Source: Spirogloea muscicola (Eukaryota). From it: a stretch of 38,210 bases of DNA. Under the pieces are notes generated by a model. That model saw nothing but the letters and a program-made list of their open reading frames with translations. It was not told the DNA's origin and did not search any database. The stretch is taken from the NCBI GenBank assembly GCA_009602725.1, contig WELB01000008.1, positions 1,440,739-1,478,948 of the forward strand, written 5' to 3'. Both the position numbers and the translations under genes were made by a program. Within the stretch, counting starts at the first letter, position 1. Every line of letters begins with the position of its first letter. Positions 12,665 through 22,563 of this stretch are shown one piece after another.

Positions 12665-13480
12665 ATGGAGGGATGGCGACGCCGTGCGCATGGAGGTGCG
12701 AGCGTAGCCAATGCAACAAGCCAATACATTGTTCAGGCAAAAGCTAGTGCAAAAAGTGGGCTTACGGGAAACGAAGCCCTATGCTAAGGGCAGTGTGACA
12801 TTAGTACCTGCGGGTGAGCACATCCAGATCCGACAGACTTGGGAGCCGACAGACTTGGGAGCCGGAGCGCCACCGGCTGAGGGAGGGTTTCAGCTTCTGG
12901 GCTCCCATTTGAGAGGCCCCTCTAGCTCAATTCGGCCAACGCCCCTTCAGAAAGAGTTTCATCTCATCTCGATTCCCAGATTTAATACATCCCGGCTGCC
13001 GATTCTCAATGACAAATTTCTACTGTGAGGGCGCAGTGGCTGTGAACGGCCAGACCGAGGTCCGAGGGGACTGGAAAGAAGAGAGGAGAAAGGGCTCGCC
13101 CATTGAGGAGAGGGGCTGGACAAGCCAGCCCTAAAAAGAATGAACAAAGTACGAGTAGGGGGCCAGGGGAAGCGCTAAGGAAAGCAAGCACAAAATGAAG
13201 CATAGCTGCTACGAATCACTCAGTAACCCCTGCTAAGCAGCCGCAGATCAGAGAGGCTAGGCGCCTGGAAGGGGGTCCCCTGGCCAGAGCCAGAGGCAGC
13301 AGCGAGTGCGCGGCCGGCACGAAGGTGTAGCGCGCGGGCCATAGACCGCTGCAGCGAGATGGCCAGGCGCATACGGTAGACTTGCGCTAGCGACCCAGCT
13401 GCAGGGAAGTCCACCGGCTCCCCATGGAAGCGACGGGCGATGGCGTGGCGGGCGAGCTGGTTGGAAAGCGCTAACAACCC
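12665..13480 (-). mobile_element. Two stacked 5'-truncated CRE-like retrotransposon 3' ends
   Basis: NQLARHAIARRFHGEPVDFPAAGSLAQVYRMRLAISLQRSMARALHLRAGRALAAASG..SDLRLLSRGY* (stop at 13220), followed by a second terminus SLSDLDVLTRRY* (stop at 12801). The second 3' UTR matches 34421-34620. Confidence 0.85.
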
Positions 13481-14721
13481 AGCGAAGCAAGCTACTGTGG
13501 AAGGCTTCTCAGCAAAGCCAGTGCTAGATGGCTGTTCAATGACCTCTTTCACCGCAGCCCGCAAGTCGAACAACTAGCAGCAAGTTAGGAGTCACCATAC
13601 CTGCAAGTTGTCTACGTTTCAGATTGGCCAACTGCAAAGTGGCAGCTGCAGACACCCAGTATTTTTTATTTTTTTCAGTATTATCATGTGCCAAACCACA
13701 AATCACCTACAAGGCTTCATTCAATCCCTCTCATATCCCTTGCCTCGGCAGTGTGGCTCTGTTTCTCTGTCTAAAGAGATTCTGTCTATCTGTCTCCTGA
13801 CCCCAAGCGCAGGCCTGCACATAGAGCTTGTGCAGGTGAAGTGCAGTGCATCTAAGCGGGAAACTTTTCTAGAAACATATGTCCAGAAATTAGTGGGCAG
13901 ATAGGACAGCAATTAGGGCAGATAGGACAGCACTTAAGTCATGCAGCAGCCTGTCAAAAGCCCTGTCCTCTCATCACCAAGCTCGTAAGTATAATCTTCA
14001 TAATCTCTTGAGCAACGTTTGCGTGCTTGACCTCACATTATTAAGAATTGGCAAATCCTGAGGGCTTGCCGTAACATATCCCGGCATGTCGGCTCGCTCA
14101 ACGTTCATTGACAACAAGAGAGCCCTTGCAGATTTTCTTGATTGCAAATGCTATAGCCACTGCTCTGAAATGCAGTGCCCCTGCCACAAGCATTGATAGT
14201 AGAAAGGGATACGAAGCAGTGGGCGAGCTCTTTCTTCTGATACGAAGCAGTGGTCATGACGTGCAGCTGTCTAAGCCACTCAATGTCGTCAACAAACTTG
14301 CAGGAGTGTCGAGACCATGCAGGTGTTCAGGCAGCCATCTACTTTATGCACAAGCAGAACCCAAATTGGGCCTGCCAAAATGCGAGCAGGCGGACATGTG
14401 CAGCACACTTAGAGATATAAGAGGAGGCCAAGCGGAGCCAATGCACATGCAAAGGGAACGTCAATAGCAACCACATGGAGAGATAGTGCTTGTTGCTCAC
14501 AAGCAGTGGGACTCCTAGATCTGCATACTTTCTCTGCACAAGAGTACATAAGAATTGCTACACACTATGTGCCCAAAATTGAGGTGGTCATCTCAGATGT
14601 TGTTTCAGCAGCTTAACACTAACGAGTGCAGCATCATTGCTGAACGGAAAGTCATATCAACAGCTGTACAGCTCTGTAATGCTTCTGCAACAAAGTAATC
14701 TCTAGCTCAGCCTTTTGACAT

Positions 14722-15472
14722 CTAAAGATTGGTTCCTGTGTTTCCAGCCGTGCCCGTGCCCGTAGCTGTGCCCGTGCCAGTGCCCGTGCCTGCGCCCGTG
14801 CCCGTGCCTGTGCTATCTGGGTGATGGCCAGTGACCTTAGCCTTCACTTGCTCAGCCATGTGCGTAATCTTCGCGCCCATGCCCTTCACTGCAGCTCCTG
14901 CCTTGCCAGCTGAGTTTGCGGCGCCCTCCTTGGCGGCCGCAACGCCCTGGGAAGCTGTTTCCTTTGCCGCTGCCTTGTGTGCATTCTCGTCAGCACCTCC
15001 TGCACCTAGTGTTCCTTCAGCCGCCTGCTGCTGACCAATCAAGTCGGCCTGCATCTCAGGCATGCACAACCTGTTGTATCAGGCCACGCCCCCACCTGAC
15101 ACTTGACAAAGCCCCCAGCACCTCAAGGCAGCTATAAGACGGCTTGACAAATACCCCTCGTGTGCAAGCAGCAACCTCCTCAAGAAACCACCTTCTAAGC
15201 TTTTGTGATCCTCCCTATTACCAACAAGAAAATGTGTAACGATGTCGGCTCAAGAGCCTCGTAGCTCCGGAGAGCACACAGCAGAGAAGGGCAGTTTCGC
15301 AGGGAGCCGCGCTTTTGACCTTAGCGTCCGCCAGAGTCCTCACACCGGTGGCTCCAATCCCGGGGCTGGTGGCGCCTGGGACACCAGCCGCCTGCGGAGC
15401 TGGCGTGCCGGCGGCGCCTGCATGCAGCCCCGCGGGCGCGTGGCTGCTGTCGATGTCTCCGCTGGTGTCCAT
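14722..15472 (-). CDS. Hydrophilin/LEA-like protein B; exons 15472-15320, 15048-14722
   Basis: Phase-0 GT-AG intron; Ala/Gly/Thr-rich product containing GAAVKGMGAKITHMAEQVKAKVTGHH followed by a TG-repeat tail. Confidence 0.7.
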
Positions 15473-15739
15473 GCCGGCCAGCGGCGGCGGAGCTGCAGCT
15501 GGGAAGCGGCGGCGGCGACGGCGGCGGCGGTCCTGAGTATCGTCGGCAGCGGCGTCGGTGTTCAGCTAGAACTGCCAGCAGGACTATCCAAGCAAGGCAC
15601 GTTCGAGGGAGTGAGGGGCCGACGTTGGGGGCGACGATACCGACGCCAAGCGACGCGGACGAAGCCGTCCGATCGCCCCTTCCGTCGCCGCATCGTCGCC
15701 GCTCCCGTTTCGCAGCACTTGCTGGCGGCCTTCCCAACG

Positions 15740-16040
15740 CCACGCGGCAGTCATGCAAGACGTCACGTGGCAGCCACCCGCCAATCCTCGCATCCTGCCA
15801 CGTGGGCATGGACAACGGGCCGTTCAGATGAACATCCGACGGCGAATACCGGCTCTCCACGTCGGCGCGTAACGCCGAGCCACCACGTGTCAGCACGGGG
15901 GGCGCTTCCAGTGGGGTCCAGGTGCTGCGGACGCGCTGCGAGCGCGCCACGTGGTAGCACGGCCACGTCACACCCTGCTCCTCGGCTGCCGCCGCCGCCG
16001 CCGCCCCCGAGGCAAGAACCCCCATTGCCCCTTATAAGCC
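15740..16040. promoter_or_regulatory. G-box/ABRE cluster plus TATA in the divergent promoter between two LEA-type genes
   Basis: CACGTG at 15764, 15799, 15884 and 15948; CACGTC at 15858 and 15964; CCAAT at 15781; TATAA at 16033, about 130 nt before ATG 16163. Confidence 0.7.
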
Positions 16041-16162
16041 AACCCCTCGGCTCCAGTACCTTTACTTCGCAAACTCTGTCCTTCCTCTCCCGCTTCCACT
16101 TCCACGCCGCAAAGCCCTCAGCTCCCCTCGCGCCCTTCCTCTCCAGCACCCGCACAAGCACC

Positions 16163-16877
16163 ATGTCGACCGCCGACAAGGCTCAGGACCAGGTCAACAG
16201 GGCGGGCGACAAGGCCCAGGTGAGCACCTCTTCCGCCCCTCTCCCTGCCCTTGGCTTTGCACGGAGGAGCCCATGCCGTCACGCCAGCGGAAGTTGTGGT
16301 ATCACTAGCTTACTGGAACCATGCGACACTGAAGGACAGGGCGGTGTCGCTGGGCTTGCTCCTACCTTTCGACCATGGTCGAGACGTTGTTGCTGTAAAA
16401 CTCACACAAGCTGAATTCTGATGGTGTCCTGAGATGTGCCATCTGCAGGGTGCCGCACACGATACCAGCAACTGGGCACAGGACAAGGCTGGACAGGCCA
16501 AGGACTCAGCCGGCCAGACAGCCCAGCAGGCCCAGGACAGTGCCCACAGCACCACCCAGTGGGCTTCTGACAAGGCTGGCGAGACGGGCCAGCAGGCGAA
16601 GGAGACCGCCCACAGCACTGGCCAGTGGGCATCCGACAAGGCCGGCCAGGCTCAGGACGCCGCCGGTGACACGGCCCAGCAGACCAAGGAGAGCGCCCAG
16701 AGCACTGCTCAGTGGGCGTCTGACAAGGCCACTCAGGCTAAGGATGCCACTGCTGATGCTGCCAAGTCGACTTATGACCAGACCGGCAGTGTGCTCCAGC
16801 AAGCTGGCGAGAAGGTCAGCCAGGCTGCCCAGAACGTGAAGGAGGCGGTTGTTGGTGACAGCAACAAGAGGGTCTAG
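16163..16877 (+). CDS. Group 3 (LEA_4-type) late embryogenesis abundant protein; exons 16163-16219, 16449-16877
   Basis: MSTADKAQDQVNRAGDKAQ|GAAH..., four T-x-(Q/N)-WA-x-DKA repeats, and the typical C-terminal GSVLQQAGEKVSQAAQNVKEAV. Confidence 0.88.
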
Positions 16878-17206
16878 ATTTTTTTACCTTCCCATACTCT
16901 TCTCCTTCTTGTAACTATCGATTTTACCATTTACTACAAACTCAGCTCTTTTTGTATGACACTGGAGACCTGTTCTGGTACCAGTGGCCTCAGTGATTAC
17001 TTGATTACTTCATGTACTTAAAGTCTCATGTAAAACCATTTTGACTTACTCAAGCTTCAAGCCCCCACATGCAATTTGTGTGCTCTCGATATTCTGCATA
17101 CAAAGCTGAATCCTTTTCGTGTCCAATGTCTTATACTGTTCCGAATAAAACAGCAATGACTTGCAGACCTGATTACCTCTTTGAGTCAAACTTTCCACAG
17201 CGAATA

Positions 17207-17523
17207 CAGTCAACCCTGTCTAAAGTTATGCGGACGGTTGGGGAGATTTGTATAACAAGATATAACGGAATAAAAGATCCGGCTACTCCGTTCCACGCCC
17301 TGTCGTACAGTCCTTCGCATGATCCATCCGTCGCATGCCGTCGCACGGATCACCACACGGTCTGTCCGCACGATCCGTCTACAGATATAAGCTTATATGT
17401 TGAAAAAGATTATATACAGTATGGAAGTATAAAGGATTATGACCTTGTACTGGCAAACCAACTCCCAGAATTTGATAACGTTATATAGGATATAACCTTA
17501 TGGAGGATAACCAGGGTTGACTG
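17207..17523. mobile_element. 317-bp MITE, Tc1/mariner-pogo type
   Basis: Terminal inverted repeats CAGTCAACCCTG / CAGGGTTGACTG flanked by TA on both sides (17205-17206, 17524-17525); AT-rich non-coding interior. Confidence 0.8.
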
Positions 17524-17576
17524 TATGCAGATTGAGTTGCATGCTTAATTACCCTCCTGAGTCAGACTAGATTTCA

Positions 17577-17777
17577 CAGCGAAGATGCAGATTGGTAACT
17601 CTTCCTTGTTCATGATGCAAAATGAGGACAGTCGACAGATCATTTTTTAGATACATAAGCTATTAGAGCTTTAAAGGTTACTTATGAATTTTGATGTGTG
17701 TCTGAGAAATGAACTGTCGACTGTCCTCAATCTGCATGATGAACAAAGTGTAGACATGCCAATCTGCGTCTTCGCTG
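17577..17777 (+). repeat. ~200-nt imperfect foldback (arms about 80 nt); candidate hairpin RNA or old foldback element
   Basis: CAGCGAAGATGCAGATTGG..TGAGGACAGTCGACAGATCATTT pairs with AAATGAACTGTCGACTGTCCTCA..CCAATCTGCGTCTTCGCTG. Confidence 0.8.
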
Positions 17778-18016
17778 CAGCACTCTTCATGATCTTATTG
17801 ATACCATGACTTCACTTCAATGCTTCACTTCACTTCAATGCGAACATAATCATAACCAGGCTCAATTTGAAATCCAACTTAACCGGCTGAATACGCTTTT
17901 GATCAGGACAGCGGAGGCTGTTCTAAAGTTGTTAATGAGTCTGTGTTATGATTGAGAATGGTTATGTTAAAGCCCCTCCAGGTAACCATGAGGTGCAAAA
18001 TCGGCACATTATATAA

Positions 18017-18205
18017 TTTGGCAGGCTCAGTGGGAGTCACAGCGTGTGATAGTGTAGCCTAACAATTGGCAGGTTCAGCATGAGTCCCAGAATGTGGTAG
18101 TGTAGCCTGACCAGCGATATATTCAAAGTCTATGAAGCATGCTGCACGCATTCTCATTGACAAATATGCAAAGTCTATGAAGCATGCTGCACACATTCTC
18201 ATTGA
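18017..18205. repeat. Two adjacent short tandem duplications (~48 bp x2 and ~45 bp x2)
   Basis: TTGGCAGG..GAGTC..TAGTGTAGCCT occurs twice; CAAAGTCTATGAAGCATGCTGCAC.CATTCTCATTGA occurs twice. Confidence 0.7.
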
Positions 18206-18224
18206 TCAGTCCCAGTCACCAAGG

Positions 18225-18310
18225 AAGAAAAGACTCTTCCAGGAGAGGGCAGTGGCTGTTAGAGGCCAGCCCAGAGAAAGAATGATCAACGTTTGAAGGG
18301 GCCAGAGAAG
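18225..18310 (-). repeat. Solo copy of the retrotransposon 3'-UTR hairpin unit
   Basis: Reverse complement reads CTGGCCCCTTC..CATTCTTTCTCTGGGCTGGCCTCTAACAGCC..CCCTCTCCTGGAAGAGTC, similar to 33240-33320 and 5280-5345. Confidence 0.55.
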
Positions 18311-18695
18311 ATGCTAAAACACAGAGGGAACCAAAGCATGACACAAGTGCACTGGACAGCCTGCTCCACATCTATTCAGTCAACAGTTTGCAGTGAATGT
18401 CAATGGCAACATCTACAGCAACCTTTGGCTTTGACAAGGCAAACAAGCTTTGGCTGTATTTCTTTCACACCATAAGGCTGGATAGAGGATATTTCCCAGT
18501 CAAACTTCGTGCTGCAAGATATCTTCGCTGTGTGGAAATCTTGCTTGCCATACCAAATTTCAGGTTTGTCGCAACAATAGAGGCAAGGTGGGTGTATTTA
18601 ACACTTAAGAGAAGTCCCAACTTCAATCTTGGCTGCATAAAGGCCTGCAAAATCTTGTCTACTATAACAACAATCAGACAAAATGACATTTACTG

Positions 18696-18900
18696 CACAG
18701 ATGTAGACATTTGCTTGCTTGCTGATTACGGCAGCAAAGTGGTGCTATCAAATATATACGTATACACAGATGTAGACATTTGCTTGCTTGCTGATTACGG
18801 CAGCAAAGTGGTGCTATCAATACATATGTATACACAGATGTAGACATTTGCTTGCTTGCTGATTACGGTAGCAAAGTGGTGTTAATACATATGTATATGT
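18696..18900. repeat. Minisatellite, 68-69-bp unit x3
   Basis: CACAGATGTAGACATTTGCTTGCTTGCTGATTACGG(C/T)AGCAAAGTGGTG starts at 18696, 18765 and 18833. Confidence 0.9.
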
Positions 18901-19115
18901 ATGCCATTGAAGTGGTGGGTTGCTTATCCAAAACGGTCCAGACGAATCACTCATGATCCAGATTCAGGGCACTTCGTGATCAAAAGCCTAACGAGTTTAG
19001 AGCACAGTCACCCAATAGCCAACAGATCCAACTACAGCAGGTTGACATGCACATCAACGTGCACATTCAGTCCTATCAAACACCCTTTGCCATGTGTATA
19101 AAAGGCTTAAGAGCA

Positions 19116-20858
19116 TCAGGAATCCACTCTTGACAACTGGCTATCAGCTGCTTGTATCCACGCGGCCAAAGCTGGCTTGTCAAAGAGGCAAAAGTAGACC
19201 TGCCAAGCGATTGTAGTTGCATCAGTACTTTTCCAACGCATTTCGGAGAGGAAAGCATACAACCATCTCAGGCAAAAGCGTCGAGCCCATAAGCTAGACG
19301 TAGGAGTGGTACAAATCAGCAGAGCGACGTTTAAGATACAAGAACGAATGTGTGAAATGCACAGCTCATGTTGAAAGGACCACTAGCATCAGTGCGCAAC
19401 TCACATTCAGAAGACCATCCTGTGAGTGGTCTCTCACAGCTTGCAGTGCTATCTCAGCAGCTTCACTGTATGGATACCTGTTACATTCAGAAGAAGCAAA
19501 ATGCGTCAGCCAGACTTATCTGCCTCAGACTGGCAGGCAGCCTCTTTGGACCCCAGGCTTCCGTAGAATGCCTCTATTTGATCAACATGACCATTGGCAG
19601 TGCGTACCCATAGACTCCGCAAGATATGGCAGGAAAAGCGACATGCCTCAAGCCGTTCTCCTTGGCCATTGCCAAGCAGCTCCTGAAGGTGGACACAGAC
19701 ACAAAGTTGAGAGAGCTTGAGACTGCAACTGTTAGGCTCATGCAGATGTAGTACTAGCTTTTCACGGACTTTGCGGCCTGTGACAGAATTGTTCCTGACT
19801 TTGCACATTGTCATGTTATCAGCTTCCACTCTGGAAGTGGTCTGGGCACTGGTGCTCATACATGTAGGACTGGTAGAGCAGCGGCTCCGACTCACGGCGG
19901 CTCGCATAAACGGGACCCACTGTGTGGATGACGTTCTTCACCGGCAGGTTGAAGGCGCTGCAAATGGACAAAGGGATGCAAGTCTGCTCATCTTAGAGTA
20001 AGCTGAGCTTGTGCGTGCGCTTGGAATGCGTGAGAGCTGCATCCACTTGACCTGGCTATCTGGCCAACTCGGCAAAGTGGAAAAGAAAGAGCTCCTTCAA
20101 ATTAAGGCAATGGCTGTGAGAGGCCAGCCCAGAAGGAAAGATGCAATGTGGCGAAATGTAGGTCAGCGAAAGTGGCCGGCAGTCATCCAAGGTCGCGATG
20201 CTGTGCAGCGCAACCATGTGGGCCAGCGGTGCTCACGGAGTGATGACTGCCTGGCCAGTGGGGCAGCGAACGCCCGGGCTGACTTCCGGAAGGCCCCTAC
20301 AATGATTGAAGAGCTCGCTGCCGGCGGCGCGGTGAATGGCTGCCAGAGGCATCCGCCCCGCGAGCAACGATTGTCAGATGGCGGTTAGCGCTTTGACACG
20401 ATTGACACCATGAGGCGCTTGTCGTCCTCCTTCGCTCGTCCTGCATGCTGAGTGCTAGGGCGTATTACCTCCATCAACGCCGCCACCGCCCAGCATGCGC
20501 TGGTTGGCAGCATTGACCTGCGCAACCCTCATCATAAGCGTCACCACATTATCAAATGGAAAGCAACACCAGCAGATGTCAGGATTTAGATCTCCTTTGT
20601 AAGAAGGCAGAGGCAGTGGTGGCAGCCATGGCAGATGCAACAGCAGCAGCTTGGTGAGCGGACGCTCGCACAGAAAGGGCGGCCGCCTTGGTATCAGAGC
20701 CGACAAAAGCCAGCAGTGTCTTGGCGAGCATGAAAGGGGTGGCTCACAATGGCGTCAGTGTGCCGGTCCACGTGCCACTTGGTGATGTCGGCGAGCTTCA
20801 CAACCAGGACGGCAGCGTCGGCCAGGCGGTACGTCCTCGCCGCCAGCGTCGCCTCCAT
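19116..20858 (-). CDS. Macro domain protein (MacroD/Appr-1-p processing type, ADP-ribose hydrolase-like); exons 20858-20748, 20517-20469, 20339-20237, 19957-19862, 19682-19608, 19477-19405, 19199-19116
   Basis: Spliced product: LVVKLADITKWHVDRHTDAI|VNAANQRMLGGGGVDG|AIHRAAGSEL..GVRCPTGQAVITP|AFNLPVKNVIHTVGPVY..|SCLAMAKENGLRHVAFPAISCGVYG|YPYSEAAEIAL..|VYFCLF. The frame stays open upstream to ATG 21464, so an N-terminal extension is possible. Confidence 0.92.
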
Positions 20859-21583
20859 GGCCGGCTCCAGCCCGACCCGCTTGCACAGCACTGGCCACTG
20901 CCTCTTCGGTGCGCTCGGCTGGCAGGCCAAGGTGGCCTGTGGCAACCACCGGGGCACCAGCACCAACAGCAGCTGCCACCAAGAAGTGGCAGGCCAGCGC
21001 AGCCTGGCAGCGGCCCAGGCCTTCAGTAGCACACTATGGGATGTCGTGAAGCCAAGCTGAGTGAGCTCCGGCAGCCACGGCACTGTCGCAACCGCCGCCA
21101 CTGGAAGGCGCAGCCAACCCAATTGCGGTGGCACTGCTGGCACCCGTTTCTGCTCTGTCACCACCTCTGCCTCGTGATCTTCAGCAGCGTTTGCCCAGCG
21201 TTTGACGTCGTTGGGCAGGCCGGCTGCCTTCGAACGCCCCGAGCCGCCGCCTGCACAATGGAGGCCCGACAGCGGCGGCGCCGACGGCAGCCGGGTCACG
21301 AGTGCGCCAGAAGAAGGCGGCGAGGCGGCGCGGTCGACCGGCCCGACCGAGAGGCTCGCCGACGGCGGCCCGACCAGGCCGCCGTTAACGGACGGAGTGG
21401 CCGGAACCTCCATCGAGGCCCGACACGCCGGCCTCTCGAACCCGTCGGGCTGTGCGGCAGCCATGGATCCTGGCGGCTCGGCGCAACAGCCGCCGCCGCC
21501 TGCGGCACCGCCCGGCGAGCTCGCCGCCGGCGGGGCCGAGACCGCTGGCGACGGCTGGCCGCTCGGCGAGGCGGGCGCCCGCC

Positions 21584-22563
21584 NNNNNNNNNNNNNNNNN
21601 NNNNNNNNNNNNNNNNNNNNNNNNNNNNNNNNNNNNNNNNNNNNNNNNNNNNNNNNNNNNNNNNNNNNNNNNNNNNNNNNNNNNNNNNNNNNNNNNNNNN
21701 NNNNNNNNNNNNNNNNNNNNNNNNNNNNNNNNNNNNNNNNNNNNNNNNNNNNNNNNNNNNNNNNNNNNNNNNNNNNNNNNNNNNNNNNNNNNNNNNNNNN
21801 NNNNNNNNNNNNNNNNNNNNNNNNNNNNNNNNNNNNNNNNNNNNNNNNNNNNNNNNNNNNNNNNNNNNNNNNNNNNNNNNNNNNNNNNNNNNNNNNNNNN
21901 NNNNNNNNNNNNNNNNNNNNNNNNNNNNNNNNNNNNNNNNNNNNNNNNNNNNNNNNNNNNNNNNNNNNNNNNNNNNNNNNNNNNNNNNNNNNNNNNNNNN
22001 NNNNNNNNNNNNNNNNNNNNNNNNNNNNNNNNNNNNNNNNNNNNNNNNNNNNNNNNNNNNNNNNNNNNNNNNNNNNNNNNNNNNNNNNNNNNNNNNNNNN
22101 NNNNNNNNNNNNNNNNNNNNNNNNNNNNNNNNNNNNNNNNNNNNNNNNNNNNNNNNNNNNNNNNNNNNNNNNNNNNNNNNNNNNNNNNNNNNNNNNNNNN
22201 NNNNNNNNNNNNNNNNNNNNNNNNNNNNNNNNNNNNNNNNNNNNNNNNNNNNNNNNNNNNNNNNNNNNNNNNNNNNNNNNNNNNNNNNNNNNNNNNNNNN
22301 NNNNNNNNNNNNNNNNNNNNNNNNNNNNNNNNNNNNNNNNNNNNNNNNNNNNNNNNNNNNNNNNNNNNNNNNNNNNNNNNNNNNNNNNNNNNNNNNNNNN
22401 NNNNNNNNNNNNNNNNNNNNNNNNNNNNNNNNNNNNNNNNNNNNNNNNNNNNNNNNNNNNNNNNNNNNNNNNNNNNNNNNNNNNNNNNNNNNNNNNNNNN
22501 NNNNNNNNNNNNNNNNNNNNNNNNNNNNNNNNNNNNNNNNNNNNNNNNNNNNNNNNNNNNNNN
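21584..22563. other. Assembly gap (980 N)
   Basis: Run of N. Confidence 1.

Noticed and set aside
13500..14700. Possible gene between the LEA-like paralogues
   Set aside because: Only short ORFs without recognisable motifs or a coherent exon chain.
15242..16414. 390-aa ORF and other long GC-rich antisense or overlapping ORFs
   Set aside because: They span promoter and intron sequence or mirror real genes, have low-complexity Arg/Pro/Ala composition and show no domain motifs.
18696..18900. CRISPR-like repeat-spacer array
   Set aside because: Units are near-identical along their whole length with no unique spacers, no cas genes are present, and the context is eukaryotic. It is a plain minisatellite.
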